Shown: positions 23,609 through 34,641 of the stretch, piece after piece
Numbering within the stretch: the stretch's first letter is position 1
Layout: every line of letters begins with the position of its first letter
NCBI RefSeq assembly: GCF_000281045.1
Contig: NW_008246106.1
Location: 473,288-531,331, forward strand
Length of the DNA stretch: 58,044 nt
Source: Saprolegnia diclina VS20
Taxonomy: Eukaryota
Direction of reading: 5' to 3'
Position numbers and translations under genes: made by a program
Notes under the pieces: generated by a model
Told to the model about the DNA's origin: nothing
Seen by the model: only the letters and a program-made list of their open reading frames with translations
Databases searched by the model: none

Positions 23609-26365
23609 ATGGCGACAGGGAAGCGCCCGATGCCCAAGGTGACGCCGAATGCCGAAGACATGGAGACCTCGCCGCTCAAGATGCCGTCGCTGAGCCCGAC
23701 CAAGACCGTCGGCAAGTTCTTCCGCAACAGCAACGTCAAGCGGTCGACCGAAGAGTTTGAAATGTCCTTCATGTCGCTTCAGTTCTCCGACGTCGAGCTC
23801 GAGGCGCGCTTCCGCAAGTCGCGCCAGCGCAAGTACCGGCGCCGCTTGCGCTTCGGCGCCAATATCACGGCCTTCTTCATCCCGCTCCTCGTCATCATGC
23901 AAGTGCTTTTGAAGAAGAACGACACCAACCAGTGGGAAGAGTTTCCCAAGGTCATCATCTTCCCTTGCATCGTCGGCTGCTGCGGGTTCTCGGTCTCGAT
24001 CTTCTTTCAGCAGTTCCAAGACCACCCGATCATGCTCATGCTCATCTGCCTCGTCGCGCAGATCTGCGCGCTCCTCGATACGACGGCCGCGGGCACCAAC
24101 GTGAGCGAGAAGAACGTGTGGGTGCAATTTCTCTTCTCGCTCGGCATCACGTCGTCGACGGGCATGAGCTTCCTCGAGACCATGTTCATCATGACCGCGA
24201 GCGGCATCACGTTTCTGCTTCTCGCGTGGGTCCGGTACGCGATCGACATCAATGACACGGCGCTCGTCGACGTCACGACGATGAGTACGCCGGGTACGTG
24301 CAACGTGGCCATCGTGCTCTACTCGATCCTCCTCGGGTTTCTCTCGTGGAACTGGGAGTACGAAGAGCGGCGCGACTTTGTCTTGACCGAGCGCTTGGCC
24401 AAGGAGAATGTCCAGATCCAGATGACGATGGAGATGACTGGCTGGTTCAGCGGCGGCGTCGCCGTCTCCAACGAAGGCCAGAACCAAGGCATTCTCAACT
24501 CCAACTGCCACATTGACCCCAAGGATGTCGTCATTGGCACCGAGCTCGGGTCCGGCACCTTTGGCAGCGTCTACGCGGCGCGCTGGAAGGAGACCAACGT
24601 GGCCGTCAAGAAGATCACGCTGCGCGGCGACACGCAGACCATCGTGACCAACTTTGGTGCCGAAGCGAGCGTCATGGCCCAGCTGCGCCACCCGAACGTT
24701 GTCATGTTTATGGGCGTCATGCTGCACCCTGAATACGTCGGGCTGGTCATGGAGCTCTGCCCGAAAGGCAGTGTCTACGGCGTCATCCACTCAGACGAGC
24801 TCAAGATCGACTGGTCGCTCTTGCTGCGCATGCTCTTGGATTCGGCGCGGGGCATGAACTTTCTCCACTCGTCGTCGCCGCCGCTCATCCATCGGGACCT
24901 CAAGTCGATCAACCTGCTGATTGACGCCGACTGGCGCTGCAAAGTGTCGGACTTTGGCCTTAGCAAGCTCAAGGAGATGCGCGACGACAGCTTCACGGCG
25001 TCGGCAACGAGTCGGTCGTACGTCGGCACGTCCATGTGGATCGCGCCCGAGGTCTTCAACGGCGAAGAGCACACAGAGATGAGCGACGTGTACAGCTTTG
25101 GCATCATCTTGTATGAGGCCATGAGCGGCGCGAGTCCGTTTGAGAGCGTCTCGCCGGACGCCGTGCCCTTCATCGTGCAGTCGGGGAAGCGCCCGACAGA
25201 CTTTGCGCCGTTGACACCGATCGACCACGTTGCGCTGCAGACCATGGCGCCGCTCATGACGAAATGCTGGGACACACTGCCGAGCAACCGCCCGACGTTC
25301 ACGACGATCATTGGCGTCCTCCAGCAAGTGCTCATCGGGTACATCGGGGACGAGGCGTGGGAAGACCACATCCTCTTCCCGGACCGCAAGCTCGTCGCAA
25401 ACAACGTACAAGAGCCGGAAGATGGCTTTTTGATCACGGAGAAGGACGTGATTCTCGGTGACGCGATCGGCAAAGGCGTCTTTGGCGTCGTTTACTCGGG
25501 CACTTACTTTGGAACGCCCGTCGCGATCAAGAAGCTCCCGATTGGCGCTGTGCCGAAAAATACGCTCGCCGAGTTTCACAAGGAGTGCTCGATCATGAAG
25601 GGGTTGCACCACCCCAACATTGTTCTCTTTATGGGGTCGTGCTCCAACCCCCCGAACCTGCTTCTCGTGACAGAGCTCCTCGTCAATGGCAGCTTCTTTG
25701 ACTATTACCACAAGCACGAGACGCCGCCACCCGAGACGCTCCGGCACCTCAGCTACAACATTGCGCTCGATATGGCGCGCGGTCTGGCGTACTTGCACAA
25801 CCACAACCCTGTTGTTATCCATCGGTGAGCGATTGTACATGTATTTCAGAGCCACAAGGAGCATTTGTAGCGACCTCAAGTCGCAAAACATCCTGCTGGA
25901 TGAGAAAATGCGCACCAAGATTGCCGACTTTGGCTTGTCGAAATTCCGCGAAGTCGGCAAAACCATGTCGATCTGCGGCAGTCCGCTCTGGGTCGCGCCC
26001 GAGGTCCTCCGCGGCGAAAAGTATGGCACGCCCTGCGACGTGTACAGCTTCTCGATCATCGTCTGGGAGGTGCTCGCGTGGTCCGAGCCGTACCCGGCCA
26101 TGGGCTCGAGCGAGGTCATGAAAGGTATTCTTCCTTAAGCTGGACAAGGTGTCCACATTGATGCGGACCAGGCGTCGCGTGTGGCAACCTGCGCCCGATA
26201 CCGCCCGAGAGCGCGCCACCGTGCCTCGTGAACCTCCTCCGCGACTGCTGGAATCGCAAGCAAGATGCGCGACCAGCGTTCAACCAGATTGTGCCGCTTC
26301 TCGAGAGCATGCGCGACGAAGTGCTCGGGCAGCGCGCGTCGTCGCCGACTGGTGCGCACCGCTAA
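23609..26365 (+). CDS. Membrane-anchored protein with two tandem TKL-type kinase domains
   Basis: About 6 N-terminal TM helices. Kinase 1: GSGTFG, VAVK, HRDLKSIN, DFG, WIAPE. Kinase 2: GKGVFG, VAIK, HRDLKSQN, DFG, WVAPE. Introns about 25825-25870 and 26125-26171; stop 26365. Confidence 0.92.
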
Positions 26366-26611
26366 TACGTCATCATGTAGAGCGCCTAGTCCTTTCTTTT
26401 AAACTTGTGTGTACATGTAAAAACCTTTTCTTTGTATTTTCTGCACTCATAGGTAGCAATTACTGCATCATACATCCCCTGGAGTTAGTTACTAGACTTC
26501 GACGACGCCAAATTCAAGGAAAGAGCGAGCACTCGGGTATGCATTGGCTATCATTCCTTATTGGCGATGACTACACGAAGAGAGTTCTATACACTAGGAC
26601 AACGACCGGTG

Positions 26612-27484
26612 CTACGCCTGGCACGCGTGAAAGACGCGGTACCGGTGGTTGAGCGACCGCTTCGTGTGCAGATAGTAGTTGGAGCCCAGCGCGCCGCTCG
26701 CATCGTTCTTCTTCAAGTAGATGACGCGCCGGACGCGGCTGTGGACGAGCGCCATCGCACACATGACGCACGGCTCGACGGCCACATAGACATCGTACCC
26801 CGTGCACAAGTACGACTCGGTCGCGGTTTGGCTCTGGTCGCGGGCGACGTCCTGGGTCGATACGACCTCGAGTGCCTGCATTGGTGCGTGCTCCATGAGC
26901 GGGTTGCAGCCCACAGGCGTCCAGTCCGCTGCCGACGCCACCACCGTGTTGGTCAACGGGTTGACAACGACACAGTGTTCGCGGCCGCAGCCGTTGGCGA
27001 GGGTGGATGGCGCGTCTGTGGCGTCCTCATAGACGCGCTCGACAAACGATTGCATTTGGTGCACTTCATCGTCCGTGAGCGGTATCGAGGTGACGTCAAC
27101 GTTGGGGTGGAAGACCATGGGCCACACCGCGTTGCCGACAGCAAACTCGTCCTTGGTCGTCGCCGCGTACTTTGGGACGTCGACGCTGACGGTCACAAGG
27201 TCGTGGATGGTCGGAAGCGCGGCAACGATCGTGTCGACGACGATGGCGTCGGGCGACACGAGTGCAAGCAGCCGGCCAGGCGCCGCCGCCTTCTTCATGC
27301 GCTTGAGGTGCCCGTAGCCCATGTCCTTGAGGTTCATCGCCGCCGTGGCGAGCAGCTTCATGACCGTGCTGCCGTGCTGCGCCGGGAACTCGACCGCATG
27401 GAACGCCGCCCTCTCGTCGAACGAGTGCACGCTCGTCGGGTCCTCGACCTCGACGATCGTCCACGCCGCCATGGTCTCTGCCAT
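26612..27484 (-). CDS. ADAT3: tRNA-specific adenosine deaminase subunit 3 (ADAT3/Tad3)
   Basis: HLKRMKK, WPMVFH, HAPM in place of catalytic HAE (as expected for Tad3), YLCTGYDVY..EPCVMCAMALVHSR, LNHRYRVF. First ATG at 27484. Confidence 0.9.
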   Translation of the reverse strand: MAETMAAWTIVEVEDPTSVHSFDERAAFHAVEFPAQHGSTVMKLLATAAMNLKDMGYGHLKRMKKAAAPGRLLALVSPDAIVVDTIVAALPTIHDLVTVSVDVPKYAATTKDEFAVGNAVWPMVFHPNVDVTSIPLTDDEVHQMQSFVERVYEDATDAPSTLANGCGREHCVVVNPLTNTVVASAADWTPVGCNPLMEHAPMQALEVVSTQDVARDQSQTATESYLCTGYDVYVAVEPCVMCAMALVHSRVRRVIYLKKNDASGALGSNYYLHTKRSLNHRYRVFHACQA

Positions 27485-27682
27485 TGGCGGTCGCCGCTTT
27501 TCATTGGCTCTCACATTGCACCTTGGTGTTTGGCCACGTCTGCACCAATCACAAGAAAGCGAGCGCCAACGCGACTACTAGTAAGATCTGATTGCAGTTT
27601 GAGCTCGCCGTACTACGACGATCGATGATGTTGCCTCGTTATGACGTGTACATAGCTCTATATTGGTTAATATCTACAACCT

Positions 27683-29599
27683 TTACAGCGTCGTGTGGCC
27701 TTGCTGCTGGCGGTGCCACATCTCCGAGTACTTGCCTTCCTTGGCGAGGAGCTCGACGTGGGTCCCGCGCTCGACAACGCGGCCGGCGTCCATGACGAGA
27801 ATCTCGTCCGAGTCTTGGATCGTCGAGAGGCGGTGCGCAATGATGACCGTCGTCTTGTTGAGACCAATGGCCTTGAACTCGCGCACAATCTCGAACTCGG
27901 TCTCCGAGTCGAGCGCGCTCGTGGCCTCGTCAAACAGCAAGATCGGCGCGTCCTTGAGCATCGCCCGCGCGATCGCAACACGCTGCTTCTCGCCGCCGCT
28001 GAGCTTCAAGCCGCGCTCGCCGACCTTGGTTTCGTAGCCTTCGGGAAAGCGCTCGATCGCGTCGTGAATCTGCGCGACCTTGGCCGCTTGGATCACTTGC
28101 TCTTTCGTCGCCTTCAAGTTGCCGTAGTGAATGTTGTAGTAAATGCTCTCGTTGAAGAGCACCGTGTCCTGGGGCACGACTGCGATCGCGCGCCGGAGCC
28201 CGTCCATGTCCATCTCGCGGATGTCGTGGCCGTCAATGCGGATGGTCCCGCTCTGCACATCGTAGAAGCGGTACAAGAGGCGGAGGATCGTCGACTTGCC
28301 CGAGCCGCTCGAGCCGACGATCGCGGTCGTCTTGCCGGCCGTGACGCCAAACGACGTGCCGTTCAGAATCGGCCGGTCCTCGCGGTACGCAAAGTGGACA
28401 TTTTCAAAAATGATTTCCTTGGGGGTTGTGAGGTTCTCGAACGTCGACGCCCCCGGGAGGATCTTGGGCTGGACCGCGCGGAGGGCAAACATGGCCTCCA
28501 TGTCGATGACGGCCTGGCGCACTTCGCGGTACACGGAGCCGATAAAGTTGAGCGGGATCGAGAGCTGAAAGAGGAGGCCGTTCACGAGCACGAGGTCGCC
28601 GACCGTGAGCGTGCCGTCGACGATCCCTTGCGCCGCCATGTACATGATACCGGTGAGACCGGCCGAGAAGATGGCGTTCTGGCCGGCGTTGAGGAACGAG
28701 AGCGATGTCTGCGTCTTGAGCGACGCATCCTGGTAGTTGCGCAAGACGACGTCGTACCGGTCGGCTTCGTGCTTTTCGTTGTTGAAGTACTTGACCGTCT
28801 CGTAGTTCATGAGCGAGTCGATGACCTTGCCGCCCGCCTCGTTCTCGAGCTTGTTCATGCGCCGGCGGATCTCGGTGCGCCACTGCGTCACGCCGACGGT
28901 AAAGCCCGTGTAGGCCGTGAGCGTGCCGAGCGTCACGGCCGCGTACTCCCAGCCAAACTGGTAGGCCATGATGCTGCTCACAAGACCAATCTCGAGCGCG
29001 GTCGGCGCGACGTTGAAGAGCATCGAGCGCAACACAAAGTCGATCGAGCGCGACCCGCGGTCGATCGTCCGCGACAAGGCGCCTGTCTGGCGGTCGAGGT
29101 GGAACTTGAGGTCGAGGCCGTGGAGGTGCTCAAAGACGTTGCGTGCGACTTGGCGGATCGTGCCTTGCGCAACCTTGGCAAAGATCGCATTGCGCAGCTC
29201 CTGGAAGGCGTTGGCCGAGAAGCGGCCGAGGCCATAGCCGAGCACGAGACTCACGGGCAGCGCCGCAGCGACTTCGGGCGTCGTCGTGCCCATGACGTCG
29301 ACAAGCTCCTTGAAGAGGAATGGCACCTGGATGTTGATAAGCTTGGCCGACACGAGCAGGCCAAGCGAGAGCGCGACGCGGCCCTTGACGGCGCGGGCCT
29401 CGGCGCCGTTGCCCTCCGGCCAGAGGTACCCGGCGAGCGACGTGACAATCTCCTTGGACGTCACCGGCTTTTGCTCCTTGGACTTGGCGTCGGTCGCGAG
29501 GCCGGCGGCGTGGGCCCATGCGCCATGGAGGCGCGGGCGAAGAGCGAGGCGTCGGCCCGTCAGCGCTCGGTGCGCGGCCCGCTGGTACTGCAGCAGCAT
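27683..29599 (-). CDS. ATM1: Mitochondrial ABC half-transporter ATM1/ABCB7
   Basis: Arg/Ala-rich presequence, [32 protein letters not shown], Walker [29 protein letters not shown]. Confidence 0.95.
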   Translation of the reverse strand: MLLQYQRAAHRALTGRRLALRPRLHGAWAHAAGLATDAKSKEQKPVTSKEIVTSLAGYLWPEGNGAEARAVKGRVALSLGLLVSAKLINIQVPFLFKELVDVMGTTTPEVAAALPVSLVLGYGLGRFSANAFQELRNAIFAKVAQGTIRQVARNVFEHLHGLDLKFHLDRQTGALSRTIDRGSRSIDFVLRSMLFNVAPTALEIGLVSSIMAYQFGWEYAAVTLGTLTAYTGFTVGVTQWRTEIRRRMNKLENEAGGKVIDSLMNYETVKYFNNEKHEADRYDVVLRNYQDASLKTQTSLSFLNAGQNAIFSAGLTGIMYMAAQGIVDGTLTVGDLVLVNGLLFQLSIPLNFIGSVYREVRQAVIDMEAMFALRAVQPKILPGASTFENLTTPKEIIFENVHFAYREDRPILNGTSFGVTAGKTTAIVGSSGSGKSTILRLLYRFYDVQSGTIRIDGHDIREMDMDGLRRAIAVVPQDTVLFNESIYYNIHYGNLKATKEQVIQAAKVAQIHDAIERFPEGYETKVGERGLKLSGGEKQRVAIARAMLKDAPILLFDEATSALDSETEFEIVREFKAIGLNKTTVIIAHRLSTIQDSDEILVMDAGRVVERGTHVELLAKEGKYSEMWHRQQQGHTTL

Positions 29600-29647
29600 T
29601 GGTCAATCCTAAAGTGGCGTCGATGTGGATTGCCTGCCAGACTTTTG

Positions 29648-29715
29648 ACCAATCACGGGCGAGGCGTTGCCAAAGCCCGGTCGCGCCACGCTGATTGGCC
29701 AAAATCCAGCCAATC
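29648..29715. promoter_or_regulatory. Cluster of three CCAAT boxes upstream of ATM1
   Basis: accaatca (about 29648), ctgattgg (about 29691) and gccaatc (about 29709), 50-115 bp upstream of the ATG. Confidence 0.5.
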
Positions 29716-30054
29716 CGACGGCGGCAAGGTGGACAATCACAAGTTTGCCGGCCTTTCTCAGCGATAGCCGCCGACCCTCGACGTCCACTGCTCCGTACCA
29801 AGTAGCCGTCCCGATGCATCGCAGACTGCTCCTGCCAGGCTCGTAGCAGCGACCAAAGCCGCTCTTCATGTCCTGGAGAGCACACCACGCCCACCGAACA
29901 TGGGTGAAGCACCGTCGCAGGCAGCTGGGTTCGACCGGCTTCGCCGCTTGCGCAACGTCGAGCTTGCCCCCAAGAGTCTCGGCAGGGCGAGCACTGCAAG
30001 CATCTATCTCCGCATGCGATGGTGCGGTAGAATAGCAAGGATAATATTCGATAG

Positions 30055-30951
30055 TTAGATCGGGTCGAGCGTGAACGTGCCAAATGCGCCTCGCCGAAAC
30101 TCCCTGAGCAAGTAGGCGGCGGCGAGCTGGCGCTGGGTGTCTTCGGGCTTGCCGACGCCGCCGCTCGCGCGCACAACGGCTGTAAACACTTCTTCAATGT
30201 CGTCGGTGGCCGCGGGCAACCCAAGCGCCTTGACGTACTGCGTCGAGCCCATGCGGTTGAGCGTGAAGAGCATGTAGTCGGCGATGAGCTCGGCGCCAAC
30301 AATGTCGTCCTTGATAGCGCCCGTGAGTGCGAGCTTGAGGCCGACGTCGGGGCTCGGGATGTTGGGCAGCATAACGCCCGGCGTGTCCATGACGTAGATG
30401 GCCGGCGCCTCGTTGACCTTGAAGATGTCGGTGCGCACAGTCACGCCTGGCGTCGCGCCAACGGTTGCCTTCTTCTTTCCCTTCGAGAGCTTGAGCGACG
30501 ACGAGATGCTGCGAAAGGCGTTGATCATGGACGACTTGCCGACGTTGGGCACACCGACGATCATGACGACGGTGCCCGCTGTGCTCTGGAACTGCGACTT
30601 GCCATGCGTGTTGCACCACTTGAGGATGTGCTGGATGTGCTTGCCCTTGATGACGGACGTGAAGAGACAGTCCATGTCGGCCTCCTCGAAGCGCGCCTCC
30701 ACACGCGCCTTCATATTCGAGTTGGCCAAGTCCGACTTGTTGAGCACGACGAGGCGCGGCTTGTGGTTGCCGATGCCATCGAGCAGCGGGTTGGCCGACG
30801 AGAACGGGATGCGTGCGTCGCGGACCTCGATGATGACGTCGATGCTGCCAAGCTGCGCCTTCATGCTGTTCTTGGCCGAGTTCATGTGCCCCGGGAACCA
30901 GTTGATGGCCGACGTCGTCTTGAAGACGCTCCGGAAGCCTCGCGCGGCCAT
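30055..30951 (-). CDS. MTG1: Mitochondrial ribosome-associated GTPase 1 (RbgA/YlqF family)
   Basis: NWFPGHM, EVRDARIP, NKSD (G4), GVPNVGKSS (G1), PGVT, DTPG: circularly permuted GTPase order. Confidence 0.95.
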   Translation of the reverse strand: MAARGFRSVFKTTSAINWFPGHMNSAKNSMKAQLGSIDVIIEVRDARIPFSSANPLLDGIGNHKPRLVVLNKSDLANSNMKARVEARFEEADMDCLFTSVIKGKHIQHILKWCNTHGKSQFQSTAGTVVMIVGVPNVGKSSMINAFRSISSSLKLSKGKKKATVGATPGVTVRTDIFKVNEAPAIYVMDTPGVMLPNIPSPDVGLKLALTGAIKDDIVGAELIADYMLFTLNRMGSTQYVKALGLPAATDDIEEVFTAVVRASGGVGKPEDTQRQLAAAYLLREFRRGAFGTFTLDPI

Positions 30952-31159
30952 GGCAATGTATCACTGGCGCGGATGCTTCCGATTTGGCTACACGCACGCA
31001 ACTGGACGAAACTCAAAATCGCCCTGTTGCACTGGAAAACTCAAAAGCACCCAACAACTCCAAGACAACGCCCTTGAAATTGAGCATCATAGGAATTGAG
31101 TTGAGACTCAGACCGACCAACACTCTGTCTACAACCCGCACGCCGTCCACACTCGGAGC

Positions 31160-34100
31160 ATGCGCCGGGAGCTCATCCTCGCGCTGCTGGCCGCTGCCAC
31201 CGCGTTCGCCGCGACTGACAATGCGTGCGTCGCCGCTTGCGTCGCTGGCTGCAGCTGTCCGCTCGGCCGCAACAAGCTCGTGTGCAGCAACCACGGCTAC
31301 TGCGCAGACGGCGTCTGCATCTGCGCCGACGGCTGGGCCAGCTCCGTGGACGTCAATGGCACATGTGAGATTGGTACGCACCTTGTTCAACGTCTATTGG
31401 CTCATGCGGGGATTGCGCCTAGGGCTCATGTCGCTCAACTCAAGCGTGCACCTCTTTGTGATGCTGGCCGCGTGCGTCGTCGCCATCGTCGCCTACACGA
31501 GCTCGCTCGTGTACCTCTACTACAGCAACGAGGCGTTCATGACGCACGCGTGGCAAGGCCACATTATGAACGTCGGCTCGGTCCTTGGTGCCGCGTCGGT
31601 AGCGGTGGCCGTGAGCCTCGACAGCAGCTCGCATACGTGCACCGTACTCTGGTGCTGCATGGACCTCGCCTTCGTCCTCGTCTTTGGTATGCTCGCGCTG
31701 CGCCTGTACCGCAACGTTCGCCTCTACCTCGCGTCGACGAACGGACCTGGCGTCAAGCTCCCGGACGCCTGGATGGCTGGCATGCTGCTCGTGCTGCTCG
31801 CGCTCGACGGCGGCATCCTCGCCGCCATTGGTGTGCTCGGCGGCTTCAACCCGACGCTAGCCTTATGGGATTACCCCGGCGACGTCGACTACCGCTTCAT
31901 GGGCTGCTATTTGAGCTCGACGCCCGCGGGCATTGCGATCGTGTCACCCAAAGTACTCTACTTGCTGCTCGTGTTGGCCTTTGCTCTCCGCCTGCGTCGG
32001 AACGTCCACGAAGAGAAGGACATGACCAAGCTTGCGTTCGCGATGCTCTTGACCACGGTGCTCTGGGCCATTGGCATGGCGGTCTTCGCGACCTCGACTC
32101 GCGCCTTTGGGGAGGTGCTGTACCTCTGCCTCGTCTTCCTCTTCCTCCTGCCCTCGGCCATGGTGACTTTTGTCCTAGCCTTTCCCAAAATCATTGCGAT
32201 CCACCGCCTGCGTCGCCGGCGCCGCCAGCAACCTTTCATTTACCTCGATGACGACGGCATCAACGCCCGGCTGCTGCGGGTCGCGTGGGACGACGTCGCG
32301 CAGGTCGAAGCCGCCGAAGTGCTTCTCGATACGCACGACCCCGACGTCGATGGCGCGTTGGAGATGGGGACGATCCTCTGGCTCTTGACCGACCGTGTTT
32401 GCCACCGCAAGATCCGGCGGTACGCGGCCACGGCACTGGGGAGTCACGACCCGTCGGTGCTTCGACTGTACCTGCCGCAGCTATTACAAGCGCTCAAGCA
32501 CGACGTCGACCTCCGAGAAGGCGCGGACCTCTGCGCGCTTTTGAGTGTTCTCTTGAACATGGCGAGGGACCACATTGAGATCGCACTCGACTGCTACTGG
32601 CACGTGCGCATCGAGCTCGAAAACCAAATAAGCGTCGTCGTCGCCAACCAGGAGATCGCTATCCAGGACCGGGCGACCAAATCGCTCTACGAACGCGTCT
32701 TTGAGCACCTCAATGCCATGCTCGAGGCATCGCCTGATCATCGTACATGCCCGGAAATCGCACTCCGATCTTATTCCTACCTGACTAGACGCGATAGTCT
32801 ATGGGCAAGTGGCCTGCACCAAGCACATCACTGCTTTGTACGCTGCCCTCGTGGCGCTGCCGTCCTCGGACGTCAAAAGTCTCTCGACAGAGCTGCAGAC
32901 ATACCTCGCGTCGCCAACGACGTCTGCGCTGCAGGGCCTACCCCCTCTTGCGTTGCCGGGCCCCCACCCGCTGTTTCCGCTGGCCACCGTGCAGAGTGTA
33001 GATAGCGCCAAGAGTCGTCTCTTCCGGAGCTCAGCCAAGCCCATGAAACTGCAGTTTACGCTCGCGAGTTCGTCGCGATCGCTACAGACGCAGCGGTCGC
33101 TCTTCGAACGGTCCAAGTCCCGGCTACCAAACCAGTGGCACACGTACTCGGTGGACGTCTTTGTCTATGGCGTCCTGGGGTTCGACGCAGATAACCTCAC
33201 GCTCCGCGTCGACGTTCATGGAAAGCGCAAGCAAGTTGAGGTGACGGCGGCGGTGGCGCGGCTCGACTTTCACGTCGGCGTGCCCCCGCAGCTCGTCGAC
33301 TGCCAAGTGTACCGGCACGGCGCCTATCTTGGTGCAGTCGAACTCGAGCTCTCATCCCGCGGCTTGGAGCGCAGCGTTGTGAATGTGGATGGCGGAGGCG
33401 CCCTCGATGTCGCTGTCGTCGTCGAAGTTCAGAACGTGACGTCGCCACCGACCATTGGGGCGCTGCACCCGGCCGCCATTTCTGTCGACGACGCGCCTCG
33501 GCGCCCCAGCGTCTCGCTCAGTGTCATTTACAAGGTTTGTCTCGGCGTTCTTTCGCCTTGATATATTAGCTACACTGTATATTAGCTCGGCGACGACTTG
33601 CGGCAGGACCAGCTCGCACTGCAGCTGCTCGCAATCATGGACGCCCTTCTCAAGCGCGACGGCCTCGACCTCTGTTTCACCCTCTACCGCATCTTGCCAA
33701 CGAGTACTCGCGATGTAGGCTGTAGATTTTGGTACAGCACATGGCCATAGTGCAGGGGTTAGGGTTTGGCCGAGTTTGTCCCGCGGTCGCAGCCGCTCTC
33801 GGCGGTCTTGAGCGACCACAACCACAACATTTTGACGTATTTGGAGAAGCACAACTACGACCAAGACGACGGGATCTCGCCTGTCGCGATCGACACGTTC
33901 GTGCGCAGCGTCGCGGGCTACTGCGTCGCAACGTACCTTCTCGGCGTCGGCGACCGGCACTTGGACAACCTCATGCTCACAGAGTCGGGCCATTTCTTTC
34001 ACATTGACTTTGGCTTTATGTTTGGACGCGACCCGAAGCCGCTTCCCCCGCCCTTCCGCCTCACCCCCGAAATGGTCCGCGCCATGGGCGGTCTCCGCGG

Positions 34101-34501
34101 CCACGTACGTCACTCGTGTGTTATAATCTCATGCGTTGGAGGGTTAGGACTTTCACCAGTGTCTGCGCTACGCGTGCACGGGCTTCAACATTCTGCGCGC
34201 CAACGCCCACGTCCTCCTCGGCGTCCTCGAGCTCTCCAAAGACGCGGGTATTCCCGACATGATGACGCACATGAGCATGCACGCAGCGTCGGCGGTTCAC
34301 GAGGTCAGCTGTGTCTCGGCCTAGCGTGGTCAGAACACTGATGGAGAAGGGTAGGTGGAGAAGCGACTGATTTTGCGAGCGACGCCGGACCGCGCCGCCG
34401 CCTTCTTCCGCGACCTCATGCTCGAGACGCAAAACGCACAGACAAAGACCCGACTCTCGCTCATGGAGCGCATTCACCGAATCGCTGTTGCGATAAAGTA
34501 A
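31160..34501 (+). CDS. Signal peptide-EGF-class C-type 7TM receptor fused to Vps34-like PI3-kinase (multi-exon)
   Basis: Exon 1 signal peptide + CSNHGYC..C.C..GW...C. Intron 31374-31422 restores frame. Seven hydrophobic helices ending AFPKII, then in the same exon [23 protein letters not shown] (PIK helical). Later exons: [41 protein letters not shown]; stop 34501. Confidence 0.88.
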
Positions 34502-34641
34502 TATAGTTATTTCTGCGTTCGTAAGGACGACTTGGCCATGACACCATCGGCAGTGATCGCAAATTGCATCGAAGCTACGATCGGAGCTTCGATCTGGACT
34601 TCGAACTTCGACGCATTTTCGGGAATCAGCTTGGGCCAGCG

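Noticed and set aside
26855..26900. Deaminase lacking the catalytic Glu (HAP instead of HAE)
   Set aside because: Normal for ADAT3/Tad3, the non-catalytic subunit.
27683..30951. Functional cluster of mitochondrial genes (ATM1, MTG1)
   Set aside because: Two adjacent housekeeping genes in a dense genome are easily chance; no evidence of co-regulation.
30984..31422. N-terminal extension of the 673-aa ORF
   Set aside because: Better explained by ATG 31160 (signal peptide + EGF in another frame) and intron 31374-31422.
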